Below, piece by piece: positions 1 to 9,982 of a DNA stretch of 64,000 nucleotides. Origin of the DNA: an uncultured Spirochaetota bacterium (lineage in GTDB: Bacteria; Spirochaetota; Spirochaetia; SZUA-6; Fen-1364); assembly GCA_963820525.1 (NCBI GenBank), contig CAWGAA010000001.1, positions 416,001 to 480,000 of the forward strand. Reading direction: 5' to 3'. A program made the translations under genes and the position numbers. Numbering within the stretch: position 1 is the first letter of the stretch; every line of letters starts with the position of its first letter. The notes under the pieces are model-generated. The model saw nothing but the letters and a program-made list of their open reading frames with translations, searched no databases and was not told the origin of the DNA.

Positions 1-1111
1 AGGGAGCAGACAGGGCATGAGCGGCCCACATGACGGCGTTCACGAGGACCTCAACCGCCGAGAAAACGGCGTTGATGTTCGCGGCCAGAGCCAGGCCGAT
101 AAGCATGCCCGCAAGGGCCCCCGCCATTCCGATGACGAGACCTTCGAAGATGAAGGCGTACTGGATGGAGCGGGGGGGGACTCCCACGGCCTTCAGGACG
201 GCGATCTCCTCCTTTTTCTCGAACACGGTCCTGCGAAGCGATGTATAGATGTTGAAGCCGACCACAACGAAAATCAGACCGACGAGGAGCATCATCATGA
301 GCTTTTCCATGAACAAAGCGTCGAAAAAGGAGCGGTTGTACTCCCTCCAGCTCTCGGCGCGGAACCCGCTCCCTTCGAGGGCGGCCGATATTCTTTTTAC
401 GGCGGCCGCGTCGAGGAACCGGTCGGTCAGCTTGATCCCGTAGGTGAGAGACGCGCCGCCCGGCGCCAGACGTCGAGCCGCCGAGAGGGAGATGAACGCC
501 AGGCCCACGTCGAAATCGTAGTAGCCGCAGGAGAATATCCCCGTCACGGTGAAAACCACTCTCCTCGGTGCGGGCAGGCCTCCCGAAGCGTCGACGGAGA
601 CGAGCGTGATCGAGTCTCCCACCCGTGTGCCCGTGAATGCGGCCAGTTCGGAACCGATCACGATGGAATCGTCCGTTGAAAGAGAAAAGGATCCGGAGCG
701 AAGGGCGAGAAGCCGCCGCTGGACGGGATCGCGGGCAAGCAGGTCGGGAGGCACGGCGCGAACCGTGCACGGCCTCGGCCGGAAAAACATCCCCTCGACG
801 AGGACCTGCCGCTCCGAAAAAGGAATAACCGCCGTGACCGACGGCAGCGAGCTCACGACGGTGAGGATCCGATCGGCAAGGGCACCCTCCGCGGCGCCCT
901 GCCCGTGGATCTGAACGTGATAGGAGCTGATCTCCACGATGCTCTCGATGAAGCCGAGCTGAAACCCGTTCATAACGCCCAGGACCACGGTAAGGGTCAT
1001 GACGCCTACCGCGACTCCGAGAACGGAGAGAAGAGATGGAGCCAGTCCGCGCGCCTTTCGCTTGGCCCGCAGGTAGCGCATGGCGATGAAGGGAACGAGC
1101 GAGAACCTCAT
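1..1111 (-). CDS. Lipoprotein-releasing ABC transporter permease, LolC/E (FtsX-like) family; partial, runs off the left edge
   Basis: Not in the ORF track. Manual translation from ATG at 1111 gives MRFSLVPFIAMRYLRAKRKARGLAPSLLSVLGVAVGVMTLTVVLGVMNGFQLGF, the typical LolC/E N-terminus. ATGA overlap with the upstream gene stop. Confidence 0.85.
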   Translation of the reverse strand, partial: MRFSLVPFIAMRYLRAKRKARGLAPSLLSVLGVAVGVMTLTVVLGVMNGFQLGFIESIVEISSYHVQIHGQGAAEGALADRILTVVSSLPSVTAVIPFSERQVLVEGMFFRPRPCTVRAVPPDLLARDPVQRRLLALRSGSFSLSTDDSIVIGSELAAFTGTRVGDSITLVSVDASGGLPAPRRVVFTVTGIFSCGYYDFDVGLAFISLSAARRLAPGGASLTYGIKLTDRFLDAAAVKRISAALEGSGFRAESWREYNRSFFDALFMEKLMMMLLVGLIFVVVGFNIYTSLRRTVFEKKEEIAVLKAVGVPPRSIQYAFIFEGLVIGMAGALAGMLIGLALAANINAVFSAVEVLVNAVMWAAHALSAP

Positions 1112-2211
1112 TCAAAGCTTCTCTCTCTCAAAAGCTTCCCCCCCTGGTAGACCTCCTCCTTGGTCTTCTTGTCGCCCGTGTAATAGATGCGCAGGAACAT
1201 TACCCCATCCTGGTAGAGCTCTTCGTAACGCTCGTCCTTCGCCGTATAGACAACCGTTTTCACATGGCTTCCCCTGAGGAAGTAGCGCTCCTCGGAAAGC
1301 TCTCCCGTCGTGCCGTAGGTGGAGACCCATTCCTCGATCCCCGCCGCGCTCCTGCGCCGCTTGGCCGTGTTGTGGCCCTCCGAATCCCAAACGTTATCGA
1401 TCTCCTCCGTGGGGGCGCCCCCGATGCTGTGCTTCTCGTTCACCAGGAGGCCCTTTTCGTCGTAGCTCCTCTCGATGAGGCTCTTCTCGGAAGGCCGCTG
1501 CTCGGTGGAGGAAAGCAGGACGCGCGAATCGGCGCGGTAAACGAATTGCACGCGGGAGACGAGATCTTCGTCCTTGAGCTGGTCTTCATTAACCATCCGG
1601 CCCTTCTTGTCGAACCGCGTCACGTAGGTGATCTCACCCACGCGATCGCGTTCCTCGCTGACGCCCTCGCTTCCCGCGACATAGGCGGAGGCCGACGAGG
1701 AACCGTCCGAGTTCTGCCGGCGCACCTGACGGAGAAAGCCCTTCGAGCTGGTGAGGTAGCTCTCCGTAGAGAGCAGAGCGCCGTCGGCCGCCAGGACCTT
1801 TACCGTTGAAAGCCGCCCCCCGGCGTACTCGAATAATGACTTCCCGGCGAGCTTGCCCTCCGCATACGTCTCCTCGGATTGGATATCGCCGGTTGCTCCG
1901 TAGAGCCTTCGCGCCGTGAGGACGCCTCCTTCGATCTCGCGCTCCTCCTTTTTCACCCCTTCAGGAGTGAAGCTCGACTCCCAGCGATGCGTCTCCTTTC
2001 CGTCCTGGTAGAGACGCCGCACTTCGCGAGCCACGCCCGTCTCGATTTCCAGCACGTAGGGAAACTCGTCCCTGCGGAAGGGAGCGATCTTCTGCAGGGG
2101 CATGCCGAGCGCATTGGAGCTGAAAAGGGCCCTGTCCGCGTCGACGCGCGTGACGGCGGCCAGCGCGATGAGCAGAAGGATCGTCGCGCGCCGGATCGCG
2201 GCCTCCCTCAT
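1108..2211 (-). CDS. Exported hypothetical protein with MORN/YwqK-like beta-hairpin repeats
   Basis: N-terminal signal peptide; repeated E-x-Y-x-x-G-K-L units; coupled to ftsY and lolC/E. Confidence 0.65.
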   Translation of the reverse strand: MREAAIRRATILLLIALAAVTRVDADRALFSSNALGMPLQKIAPFRRDEFPYVLEIETGVAREVRRLYQDGKETHRWESSFTPEGVKKEEREIEGGVLTARRLYGATGDIQSEETYAEGKLAGKSLFEYAGGRLSTVKVLAADGALLSTESYLTSSKGFLRQVRRQNSDGSSSASAYVAGSEGVSEERDRVGEITYVTRFDKKGRMVNEDQLKDEDLVSRVQFVYRADSRVLLSSTEQRPSEKSLIERSYDEKGLLVNEKHSIGGAPTEEIDNVWDSEGHNTAKRRRSAAGIEEWVSTYGTTGELSEERYFLRGSHVKTVVYTAKDERYEELYQDGVMFLRIYYTGDKKTKEEVYQGGKLLRERSFE

Positions 2212-3086
2212 ACGGTCCCGAACAGGGAGTCGAGGTAGCGGTCCACGTCGAAAACCGAGAGGTCCTCGAGCTTCTCTCCGAGTCCGACGAAAGAGAATGG
2301 AATACCCAGCTCCCGACAGATGGGGACGACCATCCCGCCCTTTGCCGTCGAGTCGGCCTTTGCGAGCACAATGGAATCGATGCCGACTGCCTTGTGAAAC
2401 ACCTCGGCCTGCTGGAGCGAGTTCTGGCCCGTGGTCGCGTCCACCACGAGAACACGCTTGTAGGAGCCGTCGGGGAGCCGGGATCGTGCGATCTTGTCGA
2501 TTTTCATCAGCTCCTTCACCAGGGCCTCCTTGTTGTGGAGCCTGCCCGCCGTATCGGCGATGATCAGCTCCATCCCCCGAGCGGAAGCGCTCGTGATGGA
2601 ATCGAATACCACGGCCCCCGGGTCGGCACCCGGGTCCTGGGCGATGATGGGAATGCCAAGACGCGCCGCATGGAGCTTGAGCTGCTCTACGGCGGCGGCG
2701 CGAAAGGTATCCCCGGCCACCAGGAGGATCTTCTCGATCCGCCGGACCGTATGAAAGTGATGAGCCAGCTTGGCGATCGTGGTTGTCTTTCCGACGCCAT
2801 TGACGCCGAGCACCAAGAGAAGGGTGAGGCGCCCCGGAGGAACCTCGATCTCCTTTACCTTGATGAAGCTCTTCACCTGCGCCTTGAGGGAGGCCACCAT
2901 GTCGCTTCGGCTGCGTATCCTCTGGCTTTTCACGCTCTGCCGCAGGGCATCGGCCATCTCGGAGGCGATCTTCACGCCCATGTCCGCCTCGATCATCGCG
3001 TCTTCCAGCTCCTCGAAGAACTCCTCGTTGAGCTCCCGCGTGGCGAGGAGCTCGCGGAGCTTCCTGCCGATGCCTCCAAACAGCAT
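2208..3086 (-). CDS. ftsY: Signal recognition particle receptor FtsY
   Basis: GVNGVGKTTTIAKLA, DTFRAAA, DTAGR and DATTGQN motifs; NG domain only. Confidence 0.95.
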   Translation of the reverse strand: MLFGGIGRKLRELLATRELNEEFFEELEDAMIEADMGVKIASEMADALRQSVKSQRIRSRSDMVASLKAQVKSFIKVKEIEVPPGRLTLLLVLGVNGVGKTTTIAKLAHHFHTVRRIEKILLVAGDTFRAAAVEQLKLHAARLGIPIIAQDPGADPGAVVFDSITSASARGMELIIADTAGRLHNKEALVKELMKIDKIARSRLPDGSYKRVLVVDATTGQNSLQQAEVFHKAVGIDSIVLAKADSTAKGGMVVPICRELGIPFSFVGLGEKLEDLSVFDVDRYLDSLFGTV

Positions 3087-3101
3087 AGTCGGCGCTTCCT
3101 C

Positions 3102-4601
3102 CTATCCGGCGGTCCGGTTGGCGACCGTGATGTAATGGATGAGATCGATGATCATCCAGGTTGCTAGGGAAGCGCTCAGGCCGATCCCCGCAAAATAGGA
3201 ATAGTAAAAGATGTAGTATGTGTTGACGGAGTTCTGCGCCGCGGTGCTGCCCGCCGGCTGCTGCGCGTATGCCCTGGCATAACTGGCGGAGAATGTGTAG
3301 CTGAAGAAGGGGATGGGGAGCGAGAGGAGGAAGAAGCCGAATGCCGTGTAGAAATCGTCGCGAGCCTTCTTCTGGAACTCCTGCAGGGAGCCGATGTCCT
3401 TCTGCAGATCGAAGGAGAGCTGGGGCGGCGAAGACGGCCCGATTGAAAAAGGCACATCATAAAATCCCGCGAGACCCAGCTGCACGCGGGTGCGTTCGGC
3501 GGGAAGCTCCAGGGTGAGCGGGGTCTTTCCTATCCAGATGGAGTCGAGGTACACGTCGGCGCCGGGAGGATTCGTTGAAAGGGTGAGGTTGGGCCTGTTC
3601 TCCTTTTCAAGCTGAATGGAGAGGGTTTGCTCTTCAAGGGGGGCGAGATCGACCGTTCTCACCTCCTCCTTGTATCCGGGGGCCGAGACGCGGATCTCGC
3701 GGGCGCCGGGCTCGAGGTAGGCCGATTGCACGCGGCCGGCGCCCATCGACTTTCCATCGATCGTCGTCAGGCTGTCCGGCGGATCGGGAACGAGCGTGAG
3801 CGATGCCCACTGCCTGCCCAGGATGACCCCCACCAGCCCCTTTGCGGCCTCGCCGAGGGACTCGTAGATTCTCTCGGGCTGGGCCGCGTCGCGAAACGTG
3901 TATACGGTCTGCTCCTGGACGGGCTCATATGCCCAGAGATCCACGAGGATGTAGCCCTCAATCTGTCTCACTGTGCCCCCGATGAGAAGGTCCGCGTCCT
4001 GCTCCAGCGCGTACTGGTAGAGGGAGTATTGCGGCGCGTCGAAGAGCTTCCCCACGCCGGTCCCTTCCTTGAACTGGACGGGCTTTGCCTTCTCCACCTT
4101 GATCTCGGCGGGATCCAGAGCTTCCAGCCAGTGGATGCGCTCCAATGCGTCTGAAAGCCGTTTCTCGGAATCGGCCACAGCCTTGGGATCCTGCGGCACG
4201 GCGAACAGGGATTCGTCCCTCTGCTGCCTGAGCTGGGCGAGGCCTTGATAGAGCCCGCGAAGCTCCTTGATGATCACGCTCTTCTGATAGGCGGCAAGCT
4301 CTTCCGGGGGAAAGGAGTGGTCGCTCAAGGCGCTGACCCGATCCTTGAGGAGCAGGGGTACGCTGAACGCAAGATAGCTCTCGTCGGGGGTGAGCCCTTC
4401 CCCCGTCAAAGACGTGAACGCGACGGCCCAATTCTTCCGCGCGTCGAGCGGCGCAGTCTGCCGGCCGCTTTGCGGGCCCTGGGGGGCAGGTGCAGGCGGG
4501 GTGCCGGGAGGCTGCTGGTCGGGAGGTGTGGGCGGCGCCTGGGGATACGAGCGGAAAAGGGGAAGGACCAAAAGCAATGCAAGGAGCGCCGGGGTTCTCA
4601 T
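3102..4601 (-). CDS. PEGA domain-containing exported/membrane protein
   Basis: Signal peptide, Pro-rich linker, PEGA-like repeats (STNPPGADVYLDSIWIGKTPL), two C-terminal hydrophobic helices. Confidence 0.75.
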   Translation of the reverse strand: MRTPALLALLLVLPLFRSYPQAPPTPPDQQPPGTPPAPAPQGPQSGRQTAPLDARKNWAVAFTSLTGEGLTPDESYLAFSVPLLLKDRVSALSDHSFPPEELAAYQKSVIIKELRGLYQGLAQLRQQRDESLFAVPQDPKAVADSEKRLSDALERIHWLEALDPAEIKVEKAKPVQFKEGTGVGKLFDAPQYSLYQYALEQDADLLIGGTVRQIEGYILVDLWAYEPVQEQTVYTFRDAAQPERIYESLGEAAKGLVGVILGRQWASLTLVPDPPDSLTTIDGKSMGAGRVQSAYLEPGAREIRVSAPGYKEEVRTVDLAPLEEQTLSIQLEKENRPNLTLSTNPPGADVYLDSIWIGKTPLTLELPAERTRVQLGLAGFYDVPFSIGPSSPPQLSFDLQKDIGSLQEFQKKARDDFYTAFGFFLLSLPIPFFSYTFSASYARAYAQQPAGSTAAQNSVNTYYIFYYSYFAGIGLSASLATWMIIDLIHYITVANRTAG

Positions 4602-4969
4602 CAGATGATATTGAGCACCTTCTTCAGCGCGGAGACGACGCGCTGGGGCTGGAAAGGCTTGACGATGAAATCCCTTGCGCCGAGCTGGATGGCCTGCACG
4701 ATGAGCCGCTGCTGCCCGAGGGCCGAGCAGATGATCACCCGCGCCGCGGGATCGAACTCGCGGATGCGCTTGAGAGCGGTGAGGCCGTCCATCCCCGGCA
4801 TGGTGATATCCATGAGCACCACGTCGGGCCTTTTCTCCTGGTAGAGCCTGATCGCCTCCTCTCCGTTGGACGCCTCTCCCACCACGCGGAACCCCGACTT
4901 CTCGAGAATGTCACGCAGCACGATCTTGATGAAAGCAAGGTCGTCTACGACCAGGATGTTGATCGCCAT
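4601..4969 (-). CDS. cheY: Single-domain response regulator, CheY-like
   Basis: Start at ATG 4969 (MAINILVVDD); phospho-acceptor in LMDITMP; CSA and KPF motifs; 122 aa. Confidence 0.85.
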   Translation of the reverse strand: MAINILVVDDLAFIKIVLRDILEKSGFRVVGEASNGEEAIRLYQEKRPDVVLMDITMPGMDGLTALKRIREFDPAARVIICSALGQQRLIVQAIQLGARDFIVKPFQPQRVVSALKKVLNII

Positions 4970-4971
4970 CT

Positions 4972-6109
4972 CTAGATTCCCTCGCGTCCCCCCGCCTTGG
5001 CCCCACCGCTGCGTTGGAGCCACTGCTGCTTGAGGAACTCTTCGATGAACGCGTCGATCTCGCCGTCCATGACGGCCTGGATATTGCCCACCTCGTGCTT
5101 CGTTCGGTGGTCCTTTACGAGGGTGTAGGGCTGGAAGGTATAGGAGCGGATCTGGTTGCCCCAGGAGATGTCCTTTTTCTCCTGCGCCATCTTCTCGCGG
5201 TCCTTGTCCCGCTCGCTCTTGTAGTATTCGTAGAGCCTCGACCGGAGCACCTTCATGGCAAAGGCCTTGTTCTTGTACTGGCTGCGCTCGTTCTGGCACT
5301 GGACCACGATACCCGTGGGCAGGTGCGTGATCCTCACCGCCGAGTCGGTCTTGTTCACGTGCTGGCCGCCGGCCCCGCCCGCCCGGTACGTGTCGATTCT
5401 CAAGTCCTCGGGGCCGATATCCACATCGATGGTGTCATCCAGAACGGGGAAGCAGAACGCGGAGGCGAATGACGTGTGGCGGCGCGCGTTGGAATCGAAG
5501 GGCGAGATCCGCACCAGCCTGTGGATTCCGGTTTCGGCCTTGAGGTACCCATAGGCGTAAGCACCGTTCACCTGGATCGTGACGCTCTTGATGCCGCCCT
5601 CGGCTTCAAGGATGTCTATGATATCGACGGCGTAGCCGTGGCGTTCAGCCCAGCGGGTGTACATGCGCAAGAGCATGCTCACCCAGTCGTTGGCTTCCGT
5701 GCCGCCCGCGCCCGAATGGATCGTGAGGAAAGCGGAGGAGGCGTCGTTCTCGTCGCCCAGGAGCTCGAGGACCTTGAGTTCCTGGTAGCGGCCTTCGAGC
5801 TTCTGGTACGTCCGCGCTAGGTCTTCCTCCAGCGATTCGTCCTTCTCCTCCAGCGCCATGCGGGAAATCTCCTCCAGCTCCTTGAACTCGGCGCGAAGCT
5901 TCTCCCACGGCTCGAAGCGGCGCTTGAGCGTTTTCAGCCGCGAGAGGGCAACTCCAGCGCCGTCCTTGTCCTGCCAGAAATCGGGAAGGGCGGTCCGCTT
6001 CTCGATTTCCGCGATCTGGCTGCTCATTATGTCGGGGTCAAAGACCCCTCCAGGTCTCTTCGATTTGCGCTCCAAGGCTCTGAAGCTTCGGTTCGAGCTC
6101 TCCCAGCAC
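4972..6109 (-). CDS. prfB: Peptide chain release factor 2, translated via a programmed +1 frameshift
   Basis: GTG 6109 opens a 23-codon frame MLGELEPKLQSLGAQIEETWRGL ending in CTT TGA C; the +1 frame continues DPDIMSS with SPF and GGQ motifs. Confidence 0.95.
6037..6052 (-). other. prfB programmed +1 ribosomal frameshift signal
   Basis: Minus strand reads GGAGGGGT CTT TGA C: internal SD-like sequence followed by the canonical slippery site. Confidence 0.95.
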
Positions 6110-6119
6110 AAGGCACCTC

Positions 6120-6392
6120 TCACGTCTTGACGATCAGCCGTCTCCACTTCTTCTCTTTCAACACCGTGATCGCGAGGGTATTCTCGACGGGGTATTGGTA
6201 GAAGCGGATACTATCATAGGAGTCAGCCAGCCTGTCAAGGTCCTTCTTCAGCCGGTTGAGGGAGGACTCTGACAGGGAGCTGGATTCGAATGCGTCCTTC
6301 AGCACTTTCGTGAATCCGTATTGAAGTATGAGGTTCTGCGCGGCGTTCCTGTGATCGTCGCTTGCAAAATCGCATACCACGGACACGAACAT
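6120..6392 (-). CDS. Orphan Cas2/VapD-like small protein (90 aa)
   Basis: MFVSVVCDF (beta1 with Asp), YGFTKVLKDAFES (compare Cas2 YGxRVQxSVFE), DSIRFY; Cas2 length; no cas1 or array nearby. Confidence 0.7.
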   Translation of the reverse strand: MFVSVVCDFASDDHRNAAQNLILQYGFTKVLKDAFESSSLSESSLNRLKKDLDRLADSYDSIRFYQYPVENTLAITVLKEKKWRRLIVKT

Positions 6393-6398
6393 GATTCT

Positions 6399-6427
6399 AG
6401 TGTATGCCACGCCGCCGCGCATGTCAA
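6399..6427 (-). promoter_or_regulatory. sigma70-type promoter of the cas2-like/prfB operon, predicted leaderless
   Basis: TTGACA-17 bp-TACACT-6 nt-ATG, no SD. Confidence 0.75.
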
Positions 6428-6551
6428 ACAGAGTCCCCGCCCGATGCCGGCGATCGGGCGCAGTGGCGCGGTGGACCGGCGGCGGCGCCCCGCGGGAGTT
6501 TTCCTATGGACATGATCCGGAAAAGCCGACTAGTATAGAAGAGGTATCATC

Positions 6552-7808
6552 ATGGTCCGACGGCGCGCCGTGCCAGCCTCTCTCCTTCTCCTGACCCTCT
6601 TTGGCCTCACCGCTTTCGCGGCGGAGCAGCCCAATGCAGTGTTCGCCCCCTTTGTCTCGAGACTCAAGGCGACCGTCGCCGACTACCAGATCAAGCTCAC
6701 CTGGAAGGACTCCTCCGATGTTCAGGGAGAGGACCTGCTCTACCGCTCCACGGAGGAGATCACGGACGCGAACCTGGACAAGGCGACCCTTCTGACGCGC
6801 ATACCGCTCGGAGTGGAGTACTACATCGACACCCCACCCGACGAGAAGGGATATTTCTACGCCGTTCTCGTTCAGGACACGTCGAAGAGGCTCTACCGGG
6901 TCCTGATCCCCTTCAGGAACAAGACGAGCCTTGCCATATCCGTGGCGACAACCGCCACGGAAGAGCAGCTTGCCTCCCGTATCACGGGAATCAAGGCCGT
7001 CGTATCCGCGGCGGGCGACGCCATCAACCTCTCCTTCACTTCCTCGAATCCCTCGCGGGACCTCCTCGTTTTCTGGAGCACGGCGCCTCTCTCCCTGCCG
7101 GAAGACCTCCTGCGGGGCACATCGAAAGTCTCGATCGACCCCGGCGTCACGATGTATCCCGTCGCCGGCATACCGGGAGTGGACTACTATTTTGCGATCC
7201 TGGATGCAGGGCTCTACAAGGTAGGCAAATCCCCCCTGGAGCTCGGCCAGAACGTTACCATTCAGCCGGTCCAGATTCCCCTTCCGGTTGGTGCGAGCCC
7301 CCAGCCGGCCCTCCCGCCGGGGCGGCCGCTGCCCCTGCCTCCGCTCCAGCTGACAAAGACGATAGAGAGCGGAAGGGACCTCCCTTCAGACCAGGCATTC
7401 GCGCTCCCCGAACAGAGGAACGTCTCTCTCAATACGGGACGGGCGATCACGCAGATCCTGTCCGCAATAAAGCTCCCCCCGCCGCCGGAGATGGAGCTGG
7501 AGATCCTCGAATCGGATCTCACCCCCGCCACGAGCGGGCAGCTTGCCTCGCTGCAGTTCGTCGTGACGAACCAGTTCGCCAAGAAGAACTTCGCGGATGC
7601 CGAACGGCTCATCCGCGATTTTTTGAGCCTCCCCCGCAAGCCGGAGGTGGAGGCCAGAGCGCGCTTCTACCTTGGAGAAATCACGTACTTCCAGAACAAG
7701 CCGCGCGATGCCGCAATGGAGTTCCTACTGGCCGAGGACTACCTCTACCACGATACGCAGCCCTGGCTCGACGCATGCTTCCGGAAGCTCGAAGCGTCGG
7801 CGCAGTAG
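6552..7808 (+). CDS. Exported hypothetical protein with beta-sandwich-like N-terminus and C-terminal TPR-like helices
   Basis: Signal peptide; GAGGT RBS; C-terminal ARFYLGEITYFQ TPR-like motif. Confidence 0.65.
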   Translation: MVRRRAVPASLLLLTLFGLTAFAAEQPNAVFAPFVSRLKATVADYQIKLTWKDSSDVQGEDLLYRSTEEITDANLDKATLLTRIPLGVEYYIDTPPDEKGYFYAVLVQDTSKRLYRVLIPFRNKTSLAISVATTATEEQLASRITGIKAVVSAAGDAINLSFTSSNPSRDLLVFWSTAPLSLPEDLLRGTSKVSIDPGVTMYPVAGIPGVDYYFAILDAGLYKVGKSPLELGQNVTIQPVQIPLPVGASPQPALPPGRPLPLPPLQLTKTIESGRDLPSDQAFALPEQRNVSLNTGRAITQILSAIKLPPPPEMELEILESDLTPATSGQLASLQFVVTNQFAKKNFADAERLIRDFLSLPRKPEVEARARFYLGEITYFQNKPRDAAMEFLLAEDYLYHDTQPWLDACFRKLEASAQ

Positions 7809-7866
7809 GACGCAGATCGCGGCAGGACGCCGCACCCCTCCGCCATCCCCCCGCATGGTTGCCCCC

Positions 7867-7940
7867 GCCTCTCGCTGTTTGCTGCGCAAACAGCTGCCGG
7901 CATGGGGCCTCCTAGCGGTTCGCCTTCGGCGAACCACTAG
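7867..7940. repeat. Intergenic modular hairpin repeat, copy 1
   Basis: GCC-TCTC-GCTGTTTGC-tgc-GCAAACAGC-TGCC-GGC, then CTAG-cGGTTCGCC-TTC-GGCGAACC-a-CTAG. Confidence 0.7.
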
Positions 7941-9976
7941 GGCGGGCTCGGGGTCTTTTCGAATCCCACGCTGAGGTGGTTCTCCCACGATTCTCCGGCC
8001 GCCAGGGAGAGCCGCCATTGGGGCACGAAACAATAGGACTGGAAAATCCGCTCCTGCCCGTCATCAGAATGCGGAGTGACCGTTTCCACGGGGAGGCTCC
8101 AGCAGAGGAACTCACGGGCCGATGAAAGGGTGATGGAGACTTCATTGAGCACGTCGCGGACCAGCAGGCCCCGCACTCCTTCCAGCTCGAAGCGCTCGCT
8201 GGCGAGATCGGTCTTCCTGTCCTCTTCCAGCAGGAAGAGACGGCCGCTTTCGGGAGAGCGGGAGGCGAGGGAGACATTGATCTCCACCGCGAAGCGCGCG
8301 GGAAGCTCCGCCTCTGCCTTGTTGGTCACGCGGTAGTAGACGTCAATGGATCGCGGACGAAAGATGAAGCGCTTCTCTATCTCTACCGGGTGGCTCGTCT
8401 CGCCGACGCGCACGGTCCCGAGCCTCCTCAACAGCACCTCGGGCAGGGAGCGGTTGAGCTCAACGACCTCGTAGAGGCCCTGAAGGAAATCCCCCGTTTC
8501 GGTGAAGCCGACGGCATCGAAGCTCTCGATGCTGCAATCCGGCGCGAGGAAATGGTCCATGAAGGCCCAGCGCGGGAGGCGATCCACGGGCCCCGCCTCC
8601 CGTTTCTTGGTCTGGCCGCTCTCGTCCCTGCGGGCGAAGGTGTCGAGGTAATTCCAAGCCGCGGGGAGGAAATCCAGCTCGAAGAGTACCCCGCCTCTCT
8701 TGTGGATGTAGCCGTTCAGCTCGGAGCCCTGGTAGAGGTACTCGTCATTGGTGTCCATGTCGAAATCGACGCTGATAATCGAGGGGGCGAAGATCTCCGT
8801 GGCGCGCGTGATCTTCTCCGCCTCGATCAGCGAGTGGTAGACGGCCTTCCTCAGGATATTCGAGTAGATGCCGCCGCTCGCTCCATGCCAGTATGCGTGG
8901 TGGCACTGCCCCTTCCACAGCTCGTTCTGCGCCGCTTTTTTCTTGTACTTGTCTCCCCTGACCTGATCCACGAGGATGTGGGTGTATATCATCTTCGCGT
9001 ACATCAGCTCGCCTTCGGGATACCGTGAGAGAAACTGGCGGAAAACGCCCCCTTTGATGAAGGAGGCCAGCTCCTCATCCCCGACGCTGCGCTTGAGAGC
9101 CTCGAGGTAGAGCCGGCGCCGCCGGGGGGGAAGCGCCCAGGCCGCCATCCGGGAAGACGAAGAGCAGGGGACGTAGAGCTTGCCCGCGGGAGCAAGCTCC
9201 CGCATGCAGGAGGTGGGAGTCACCGGCTCCAGCCACTCGGCGTTTTCCATTGCCAGGCGGAAGAACTCCTCGAACCAGCCTCCCGCGAAGCTTCCCCTCT
9301 CTCCGCTGGGCAGCTCCCCCAGACGCGCCCCGTCCTCCAGAAGCACGGCGACCTTCGTCCCCTCCTCGTCCGCGGCCCCATTGAGGAAATCGATCGCCTT
9401 TCCCGCCGTCCCCTCGGGGATGAGAGCGGCGAAGGGGCTCGACAGGGGGAAGATCGTGATGATCTTGCCCTGGTCTTCGGCGATAGCGGGCTGAAAGAGG
9501 TCTTCCTCCTCGACCCCCGCGGACCTGAATTGGCTGTCTTCGAGGAAAGTGTAATCCATTCCGCTGGTGCGCAGGACGGAGGCCATCGAGGGCTCCCAGA
9601 CGTTCTCTGCAAGCCAGCACCCCCGTGCCCGCGTCTCGAAGCGGACCCGCAGGTACGTCGTCATCTTCTCGATCTGGCCGAGCCTGTCGTTCGCCGGGAT
9701 CATCGTCAGAATCGGGTCATAGTACCCTCCCCCGAGAATCTCCACCTGCTTGCGCTTCACCATCTCGGCCAGGAGCATCACGAACTCCGGGTGATGCTCT
9801 TCCAGCCACTCCAGAAGGAGCCCGCTGTAGTGCAGGACGGCGGGAAGGTCGGGGAACGCGTACAGCACGCTGAGAAGGGGCTTGAGAGACTTCTGGTAGA
9901 TGTTCTCGGTCTGGAAATCCGGCTGCCCGATCGGCAGATGGTTGTGCGCACCGATTATCAACCTGATTTTTTTCAT
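7937..9976 (-). CDS. Glycoside hydrolase family 57 (4-alpha-glucanotransferase/alpha-amylase type)
   Basis: HNHLP, HYSG, EILGGGYYDPIL, GCWLAENVWEP (nucleophile Glu), QCHHAYWHG; long C-terminal beta domain. Confidence 0.9.
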   Translation of the reverse strand: MKKIRLIIGAHNHLPIGQPDFQTENIYQKSLKPLLSVLYAFPDLPAVLHYSGLLLEWLEEHHPEFVMLLAEMVKRKQVEILGGGYYDPILTMIPANDRLGQIEKMTTYLRVRFETRARGCWLAENVWEPSMASVLRTSGMDYTFLEDSQFRSAGVEEEDLFQPAIAEDQGKIITIFPLSSPFAALIPEGTAGKAIDFLNGAADEEGTKVAVLLEDGARLGELPSGERGSFAGGWFEEFFRLAMENAEWLEPVTPTSCMRELAPAGKLYVPCSSSSRMAAWALPPRRRRLYLEALKRSVGDEELASFIKGGVFRQFLSRYPEGELMYAKMIYTHILVDQVRGDKYKKKAAQNELWKGQCHHAYWHGASGGIYSNILRKAVYHSLIEAEKITRATEIFAPSIISVDFDMDTNDEYLYQGSELNGYIHKRGGVLFELDFLPAAWNYLDTFARRDESGQTKKREAGPVDRLPRWAFMDHFLAPDCSIESFDAVGFTETGDFLQGLYEVVELNRSLPEVLLRRLGTVRVGETSHPVEIEKRFIFRPRSIDVYYRVTNKAEAELPARFAVEINVSLASRSPESGRLFLLEEDRKTDLASERFELEGVRGLLVRDVLNEVSITLSSAREFLCWSLPVETVTPHSDDGQERIFQSYCFVPQWRLSLAAGESWENHLSVGFEKTPSPP

Positions 9977-9982
9977 AGGCTT

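Noticed and set aside
1108..2211. RHS/YD toxin or antitoxin system
   Set aside because: Short, signal-peptide-bearing, embedded in a core operon, with no toxin domain or immunity gene
6038..6040. Selenocysteine read-through or pseudogene at the prfB TGA
   Set aside because: Context is the canonical RF2 frameshift site
6120..6550. Remnant CRISPR-cas locus around the cas2-like gene
   Set aside because: No cas1, repeats or leader; flanking genes are housekeeping
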